Source: an uncultured Candidatus Saccharibacteria bacterium (GTDB lineage: Bacteria; Patescibacteriota; Minisyncoccia; Phycocordibacterales; UBA2100). From it: a stretch of DNA of 64,000 nucleotides. The stretch is from contig CAZELA010000001.1 in assembly GCA_964512835.1 (NCBI GenBank), forward strand, positions 361,372 through 425,371. Direction: 5' to 3'. This document shows, piece by piece, positions 58,287 through 64,000 of the stretch. The notes beneath the pieces are model-generated. The model was not told the origin of the DNA. It worked only from the letters and a program-made list of their open reading frames with translations, and did no database searches. The position numbers and the translations under genes are program-made. Position 1 is the first letter of the stretch; each line of letters opens with the position of its first letter.

Positions 58287-59359
58287 CAACCATGAAAAAA
58301 ATTATCGCAGTTGTTCGTGAGTTCTGTTCTGATGTCGTGCAGTTTGTCGTGCAGTTCTTTGCAACGAGCGACGAAATTCAGGAGGATTTGTCGGAAAAGT
58401 GGCGGCTCCATGCAAACCGCCGCACGCTCATTATTCTTGCGATAAGCGGTACGCTTGCGCTCGTGTTGTATGTCTACGTAATCGAGCCGCCGGTGAACTT
58501 TCCGCTCCAACAGTTGGTTACGGTGCGCGAAGGCGCGTCGCTCGATGAGATTGCGTTCGATCTTGAAGCGCAGGGTGTCGTGAGTTCGGCACTTGCCTTT
58601 AAGGCGCTTGCAGTCGTGACCGGTCACGCGAGGGCGCTCCATGCGGGCGACTACATCTTTAAGGAGCCGAAGGACATCTTCAGTGTTGTGCGGGCTATCT
58701 CGCTCGGCGCATTCGGGCTCGAACCTGAAAAGATCCGTATTCCGGAAGGGGCGACGACGCGCTCAATGGCTATTATTTACAAAAGTCGTTTGTTGCGATT
58801 CGATTCGGATAAATTCCTTGCGAAAGCGCAGCCGCTCGAGGGGTATTTATTCCCTGATACGTATTTCTTTCTACCGAACGCCGATGAGGACACGGTAATA
58901 AATGCCATGCGCGCCGATTTTGATGAGCACATGAAGCCGTTCGAGGGCGAGATAGCATCGTCGTCCAGAACACTTTCGGAGATCATTACGCTTGCATCCA
59001 TCATTGAGCGTGAGGCGTCGCGCTCTGATGACAGGCACATGATCTCGGGCGTTCTCTATAATCGTCTCGCAAAGAATATGCCGCTGCAGGTCGACGTGAC
59101 GTTTCTGTACACGATGGGGAAGAATACGTTTCAGCTCACGCTCGCTGATCTCCGCAGCGACAATCCGTACAACACCTATGTGCACAAAGGATTGCCGCCC
59201 GGCCCGATAGGGTCGCCGTCGCTCGATTCAATCGATGCGGCAGTACACCCCGAAAAACACAAATATATTTTCTACCTTGCGGATAATACAGGGGTCACAC
59301 ACTACAGTAAGACGTACGAGGAACACCTGGCAAAAAAACGCATGTACTTGGGGCGGTAG
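58283..59359 (+). CDS. mltG: endolytic murein transglycosylase MltG (YceG family)
   Basis: N-terminal TM and YceG domain with catalytic-region motif EGYLFPDTYFF. Start ambiguous between ATG 58283 and ATG 58292. Confidence 0.8.
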   Translation: MTTMKKIIAVVREFCSDVVQFVVQFFATSDEIQEDLSEKWRLHANRRTLIILAISGTLALVLYVYVIEPPVNFPLQQLVTVREGASLDEIAFDLEAQGVVSSALAFKALAVVTGHARALHAGDYIFKEPKDIFSVVRAISLGAFGLEPEKIRIPEGATTRSMAIIYKSRLLRFDSDKFLAKAQPLEGYLFPDTYFFLPNADEDTVINAMRADFDEHMKPFEGEIASSSRTLSEIITLASIIEREASRSDDRHMISGVLYNRLAKNMPLQVDVTFLYTMGKNTFQLTLADLRSDNPYNTYVHKGLPPGPIGSPSLDSIDAAVHPEKHKYIFYLADNTGVTHYSKTYEEHLAKKRMYLGR

Positions 59360-59365
59360 TGAGCT

Positions 59366-59395
59366 TTGACAAGAGGGGTACGAAGTGAGAATAAT
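59366..59395 (+). promoter_or_regulatory. sigma70-like promoter driving a ~230 nt leader of mnmA
   Basis: TTGACA-N18-AATAAT immediately after the mltG stop. Confidence 0.5.
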
Positions 59396-59634
59396 GGAAA
59401 CGGTTGGCACTCCTCTCCGGCGTCGAAAACCGTGACGTGTGTCGCACCCGTGTCGGTACCCAGAACACCCCTTGCCCCCTGAAGCGGCCGCTTCTCCGGC
59501 AACCCTTCTGCAATCCGCACGTAACGTTTCCCGGACTGTTCCTCACCGATGTTGTGGAGGACCGATGGCATTGCGCTTTCGGCGACGGGAAGTGCGGGTC
59601 GGCAAGTTACGCTTGTCGGCCCGTTTACCTTTCT

Positions 59635-60708
59635 ATGCAAAACAAAAAACACTCAGTTTTCGTGGGACTCTCGGGCGGGGTCGATTCTGCGGTATCTGCT
59701 GCGCTGTTGCTACGCGACGGCTACGATGTTACCGGCGTATTTATAAAAATTTGGCAACCGGAGTTCACTGAGTGTACGTGGCGCGAGGATAGGCTCGATG
59801 CGATGCGGGTCGCGGCGTACTTGCAGATTCCGTTTCGCGAGATCGATCTTTCTGACGAGTACAAGGACGAGGTCGTGCACGATATGATCGCCGCATACGA
59901 ATCGGGAGTTACTCCTAATCCGGACGTGCTATGCAATGAGCGGATCAAGTTCGGACACTTTTTACGATATGCGCTTTCGCACGGTGCGGATTACGTTGCA
60001 ACCGGACATTACGCACAAAAGGAGTTTTCAGAAACGACGGGTACGTATTCATTGCTGCGCAGTGCAGACCAGCAAAAAGATCAGTCGTATTTTTTGTACC
60101 GGCTCGGACAGGCGGAGTTGTCTCGGGCGCTATTCCCGGTGGGGGGGCTCACGAAGCCTCGGGTGCGTGAGCTTGCCGAAACATTCGGGCTGCCGGTCGC
60201 GCGCAAACACGATTCGCAGGGTCTCTGCTTTGTGGGTCCGGTAACAATTCCGGAGTTTCTCTCCAAATATATTTCGTTGAAAAGTGGTGCGGTTCTCGAC
60301 CGCACGGGTGCCGTCGTAGGTGAACACGACGGAGCCGCTCTTTATACAATCGGGCAACGGCACGGTTTTCGTCTTCATAATGCACCGGCTGCACCGATGT
60401 ACGTCACTGCCATTCATGTTGCTGATAATGTGATTGAAGTCGCCGCGGACCTTTCGAGCGCCGCCGTTCACCGTATCGATTTGGATGCGCTCCATTGGAT
60501 CAATGAGGCGCGTGAAGGTGACGTGCTGCATGTACAGACCCGGTATCGGGAACGACCTGTGACAGCGACTGTAACGGGTTCGACGCTCGTGTTTACGGAG
60601 CCGCATGTCATATCGCCGGGACAGTCTGTTGTTTTGTATCAAGGAGCGCGTGAGAGGGATGAGTGCTACGGCGGTGGAATTGCGATCGGTATCAACACGA
60701 GCGCGTAG
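59635..60708 (+). CDS. mnmA: tRNA 2-thiouridine(34) synthase MnmA
   Basis: PP-loop SGGVDSAV, catalytic Cys residues. N-terminus MQNKKHSVFVGLSGGVDS matches canonical MnmA starts. The in-frame upstream extension from TTG 59404 is not typical. Confidence 0.9.
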   Translation: MQNKKHSVFVGLSGGVDSAVSAALLLRDGYDVTGVFIKIWQPEFTECTWREDRLDAMRVAAYLQIPFREIDLSDEYKDEVVHDMIAAYESGVTPNPDVLCNERIKFGHFLRYALSHGADYVATGHYAQKEFSETTGTYSLLRSADQQKDQSYFLYRLGQAELSRALFPVGGLTKPRVRELAETFGLPVARKHDSQGLCFVGPVTIPEFLSKYISLKSGAVLDRTGAVVGEHDGAALYTIGQRHGFRLHNAPAAPMYVTAIHVADNVIEVAADLSSAAVHRIDLDALHWINEAREGDVLHVQTRYRERPVTATVTGSTLVFTEPHVISPGQSVVLYQGARERDECYGGGIAIGINTSA

Positions 60709-60740
60709 GTTTGATTCGTCGTACCCGTTACACTACGGAC

Positions 60741-61142
60741 ATGGGCGAAGTAGTGCGGCGCATGTTCAGCTTTGCGATTGCCGCATGCGCGGTCGCATAT
60801 CTTGTGTATTTTTTGGCCGGCGCCTCCATATACGCGGAAGCGCAGGCAAAAACTAAGACTGTCTGGATACGCGATCAAATAAGCCCCAGTGCGCACCACA
60901 TCTCCGGCCTCGTAACGGTAAAAAATTCGTGCACAGAACTGACTGAAAAAGTGGAGCAATTAAGTCCGCTTCTCTTCAAGCTGAAGTTCACGACGTGGGA
61001 GCATCCGAATACCGAATGTACCGACTATCCCGTGCAGAAGCAGTTCTACGAGATCGTGTTTGCGCCGGCGGTCGGCGTTCACTTTATTGCAACGCTCGAC
61101 GGCGCGTCGCTGCCGCTCATAGTCGTTCCGTATATTCCCTGA
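60741..61142 (+). CDS. hypothetical membrane-anchored protein
   Basis: N-terminal TM (FAIAACAVAYLVYFLAGA). Two Cys residues. Unknown family. Confidence 0.4.
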   Translation: MGEVVRRMFSFAIAACAVAYLVYFLAGASIYAEAQAKTKTVWIRDQISPSAHHISGLVTVKNSCTELTEKVEQLSPLLFKLKFTTWEHPNTECTDYPVQKQFYEIVFAPAVGVHFIATLDGASLPLIVVPYIP

Positions 61143-61143
61143 T

Positions 61144-61968
61144 ATGGCTCACACACTCATTACAAAAGCAGACGGACAGCTGGAGCCGTTCGATCCGGCA
61201 AAGCTGGAGTCATCTTTGCAGCGAGCCGGCGCGACGTCGGTCGCTCGCGCACGAGTCCTTGCGCGCATCCTGCATGACCTCAAACCGCTCACCACGAGCG
61301 AGGAGATATATCGCCGCGCCTACGAAATGCTGCGCGAGGAGGAGGTTGCTCCTGTTGCGGCGCGATACTCAATGAAGCGCGCACTCTTCGCGCTCGGTCC
61401 GTCCGGGTTTCCGTTTGAGCAGTTCCTCGCCGAGGTTTTGCGCGGTCACGGGTGGAAAACTCAAACCGATATCATGATGACCGGGCGCTGCGCGCCGCAC
61501 GAGGTTGATGTGCTTGCCGAAAAGGACGGAAAACGAGTCGGTATCGAGGTTAAATTTCATAATGAGCAGGGCGGCAAGACCGATATAAAAGACGCCTTGT
61601 ATGTACATGCGCGGTATGAAGACCTTAAGCAGGCTCCTATGCTTTCTTCGCGCGTCGACGAAGGGTGGCTTGTTACAAATACTGTGTTCACACGTAACGC
61701 AATCAGGTATGCGCGATGTTCCAATCTTACGATTATCGGCTGGGACTACCCGCGGACACGCGGGTTGTCCGCGATGATTGATGAAGCCCAAGTGCACCCG
61801 GTAACTGCGCTGACTACACTGTCGGACGCGGAGAAGCGCCGCCTCCTCGACCAGAAAATCGTGCTTTGCAAGTCGGTCGCGACCGCGCACTTACTCGAAG
61901 AGAACGGTATCGCACCAGGCAAGATTCAGCATGTGCGTGAAGAGGCAAAACGCCTGTGCGGCATCTGA
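61144..61968 (+). CDS. ATP-cone domain fused to restriction-endonuclease-like (Mrr-cat/PD-(D/E)xK) domain protein
   Basis: N-terminus ITKADGQLEPFDPAKLESSLQRAGA… matches the ATP-cone. Central D…EVK (VDVLAEKDGKRVGIEVKF) matches the PD-(D/E)xK core of Mrr-type catalytic domains. Confidence 0.55.
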   Translation: MAHTLITKADGQLEPFDPAKLESSLQRAGATSVARARVLARILHDLKPLTTSEEIYRRAYEMLREEEVAPVAARYSMKRALFALGPSGFPFEQFLAEVLRGHGWKTQTDIMMTGRCAPHEVDVLAEKDGKRVGIEVKFHNEQGGKTDIKDALYVHARYEDLKQAPMLSSRVDEGWLVTNTVFTRNAIRYARCSNLTIIGWDYPRTRGLSAMIDEAQVHPVTALTTLSDAEKRRLLDQKIVLCKSVATAHLLEENGIAPGKIQHVREEAKRLCGI

Positions 61969-62038
61969 TGCAATACACATACCGATCCATTTCATCCGTG
62001 ATATCGCGATACAATAAAGGTGTAGATATTTTTTTGTC

Positions 62039-62530
62039 ATGAGAAACCCAGCGATCTTTTTTGATCCGACCAATATAATGTTCCTGAAGCTGCTGCTTGC
62101 AATGCTGCTTGGAGGACTTATAGGTACTGAGCGTGCAATCCTCGCGCGTCAGTCCGCGGGTACCCGCACGTTCGGATTGGTTGCGCTGGGGGCGTGTCTG
62201 TTCGTCATTGTTTCCAACTATGTCGCAAGTGCATATGCCGGCGTTCTCGATATCCAACCGCTGTACGTGCCCGGTGCAATTGTGACGGGTATCGGCTTTT
62301 TAGGAGGAGGTCTGATTATCTTTCGTGGCGACGCGCTTCACGGCGTAACGACTGCCGCCGGCATGTGGATTACTGCCGCAATCGGCATGGCGGTCGGATT
62401 CGGAATGTATTCCATCGGCATATTCTCGACCATTCTCGTACTGATCATGTTTACGGGCATGTATTGGCTTGAATCCATGTTTAAACATTGGTTTGACGCC
62501 CACAATCACGACGAATCCCGTCGCGGATAG
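62039..62530 (+). CDS. MgtC/SapB family protein
   Basis: Conserved N-terminal block LLLAMLLGGLIGTERAILARQSAGTRTF and 4-5 TM. Confidence 0.8.
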   Translation: MRNPAIFFDPTNIMFLKLLLAMLLGGLIGTERAILARQSAGTRTFGLVALGACLFVIVSNYVASAYAGVLDIQPLYVPGAIVTGIGFLGGGLIIFRGDALHGVTTAAGMWITAAIGMAVGFGMYSIGIFSTILVLIMFTGMYWLESMFKHWFDAHNHDESRRG

Positions 62531-62549
62531 ACAGTGTTATACTCCGGCG

Positions 62550-63341
62550 ATGTCGGGATTCTATAAGCCCAAACGAGACCCGCGTTGGAATTACGGCGGG
62601 CCCAATTGGACCCTTTCGCGATCAAAGATCGATCTTTTTTTGAACTGCGCGCGGTGTTTTTATATCGATAATCGACTCGGCACGGCAAGGCCACCGGGAT
62701 TTCCGTTCAACCTCAACTCCGCGGTTGACGAACTGTTAAAAAAAGAGCTCGACACTCATCGTGCACAAGGCTCTCAACATCCGCTTGCGAAGGCATACGG
62801 GGTCGATGCGGTTCCGTTCGCGCATCCGAAAATGGATGACTGGCGCAACGCTCTGTCTGAAGGCGTAAAATTTCGCCATCCGGCCACGGGGCTTCTGGTC
62901 CGGGGCGGCGTCGACGATATCTGGATGGGGAGCGACGGAAAGCTTATCGTCGTGGACTACAAAGCGACGAGTAAAGACGGATCCATTGAATCCCTCGATG
63001 AGGACTGGCACATCGGCTATAAGCGTCAGATCGAGGTGTACCAATGGCTGCTCCGACAAAACGGCTTTGCAGTATCAGATACAGGGTACTGGTTCTATGC
63101 GAACGCCACGAAAGACAGGGAAGCGTTCGACGCACGGCTCGACTTCGAGCTGACCCTCGTTCCGTACACGGGCGACACGTCGTGGATCGAAGAGACCCTC
63201 ATGAGCATCAAAGAGTGCCTTGATTCAGACGACATCCCGCCTTCATCGCACGACTGCGATTATTGCAGATACCGCGAGGCGGCAGGGAATGCAATGCGAG
63301 ATCACATGCAAAAAACAGGGGGTAAAAATCTTAAACAATAA
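62550..63341 (+). CDS. PD-(D/E)XK nuclease family protein (Cas4/RecB-like, DUF83-type) with Cys clusters
   Basis: N-terminal CxxC (CARC), core D…(V)DYK motif, QxxxY (QIEVYQW), C-terminal CDYC. Fe-S-Cas4-like arrangement. No cas genes nearby. Confidence 0.55.
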   Translation: MSGFYKPKRDPRWNYGGPNWTLSRSKIDLFLNCARCFYIDNRLGTARPPGFPFNLNSAVDELLKKELDTHRAQGSQHPLAKAYGVDAVPFAHPKMDDWRNALSEGVKFRHPATGLLVRGGVDDIWMGSDGKLIVVDYKATSKDGSIESLDEDWHIGYKRQIEVYQWLLRQNGFAVSDTGYWFYANATKDREAFDARLDFELTLVPYTGDTSWIEETLMSIKECLDSDDIPPSSHDCDYCRYREAAGNAMRDHMQKTGGKNLKQ

Positions 63342-63343
63342 GT

Positions 63344-63601
63344 ATGAAAACATTCAGGGATAGAGTACGGGCCATCGTTGCAGGGATCCCGGAAGGGAAG
63401 ACGATGACGTACAAGCAGGTGGCAACGCAGGCGGGAAGTCCGAGCGCAGCACGTGCGGTCGGTGCGATTATGCGAGCTAATTACGATACGAATATTCCGT
63501 GTCATCGTGTCATCGGCTCCGATGGCAGCTTGCGCGGGTATAACCGCGGCGGGACAGAACAAAAGCGCGCAATCCTTAGGAAAGAAAAGGTACTCATATA
63601 G
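63344..63601 (+). CDS. ogt: methylated-DNA--protein-cysteine methyltransferase (MGMT/Ogt DNA-binding domain only)
   Basis: Active-site PCHRV, HTH (YKQVATQAGSP), C-terminal G…G(Y). 85 aa, no N-terminal domain. 2 nt after the preceding nuclease gene. Confidence 0.75.
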   Translation: MKTFRDRVRAIVAGIPEGKTMTYKQVATQAGSPSAARAVGAIMRANYDTNIPCHRVIGSDGSLRGYNRGGTEQKRAILRKEKVLI

Positions 63602-63604
63602 CGT

Positions 63605-64000
63605 ATGAAAATGACCACACTGCCGGGGACTGACGTCTCGGTATCAGTAATTTGTGCGGGGACGATGAACTGGGGTACGTTCAACACCGAATCCGAAGCG
63701 CATGAGCAGTTGGACTACGCGATTTCGCACGGCGTCAATTTCATCGATACGGCTGAAATGTATCCGATACCCCCGAAGAAAGAGTTGCAGGGGTTGACCG
63801 AGACGTATGTCGGCGCGTGGCTCGCGAAGCAGAAGCGTGACTCGCTCGTGGTTGCGAGTAAGATCGCTGCGTCGCCGCTTATTCAGACGCGCGAAGTGCC
63901 GGAGAACGGTCGAACGGTGTATGACCGCAAAAATATTCAAGCGGCTATCGACGGCACACTGACGCGACTCCAGACCGACTATGTCGACCTGTATCAGATC
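63605..64000 (+). CDS. aldo/keto reductase, 3'-partial
   Basis: AKR N-terminal signature (GTMNWG…EQLDYAISHGVNFIDTAEMY…) including catalytic D/Y/K region. Runs off the window end. Confidence 0.8.
   Translation, partial: MKMTTLPGTDVSVSVICAGTMNWGTFNTESEAHEQLDYAISHGVNFIDTAEMYPIPPKKELQGLTETYVGAWLAKQKRDSLVVASKIAASPLIQTREVPENGRTVYDRKNIQAAIDGTLTRLQTDYVDLYQI

Noticed and set aside
59302-59652. 116-aa and 83-aa minus-strand ORFs within the mnmA leader region
   Set aside because: Antisense to a promoter-proximal leader, Pro/Arg-rich, no motifs. The region is better explained as non-coding leader or possible N-extension on the plus strand.
1-64000. CRISPR arrays, rRNA genes, transposases, integrases, reverse transcriptases (DGR/retron)
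   Set aside because: Scanned for short regularly spaced direct repeats and for hallmark protein motifs (DDE, YxDD, tyrosine recombinase R..H..R..Y). None found. Only repeated elements are terminator hairpins and the small duplicated gene cassette.

Overview
GC-rich (~58%), gene-dense 64 kb window, mostly ordinary bacterial chromosome. Coding content: MacA/ABC/FtsX efflux genes and a MarR-MFP-RND efflux operon, neither with an outer-membrane factor. P-type ATPase, AI-2E transporter, ZIP and MgtC transporters. Pyrimidine genes pyrB, carA and carB. Translation and tRNA genes: obg, lysS, tyrS, tgt, mnmA, rplU, a GatB/YqeY-domain protein and tRNA-Ala(UGC). Cell wall genes murB, ddl, mltG, a sortase and a GDSL hydrolase. 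An unusually large DNA repair/replication set: uvrA, uvrB, a short uvrC, recR, rmuC, dnaB, an MGMT, a Cas4-like nuclease and an ATP-cone/REase-like protein. The sortase, efflux systems without an OMF, many leaderless-type promoters, DUF5666/DUF5667-like secreted proteins and a short UvrC suggest a monoderm, reduced-genome lineage, possibly CPR/Patescibacteria; this is inferred from the sequence only. No rRNA, CRISPR array, transposase or integrase was recognised. Regions most worth follow-up: (i) the tRNA-Ala-flanked segment with a ~200 nt hairpin-rich non-coding stretch and a cluster of hypothetical protein / ECF sigma / RRM protein / DUF5667-like genes; (ii) a promoter-driven ~230 nt structured leader upstream of mnmA; (iii) tandem paralogous small membrane proteins with duplicated terminators; (iv) an overlapping two-gene cassette of unknown function; (v) the nuclease/MGMT module at the 3' end. 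Coordinates for starts are best estimates from the ORF track plus manual inspection.
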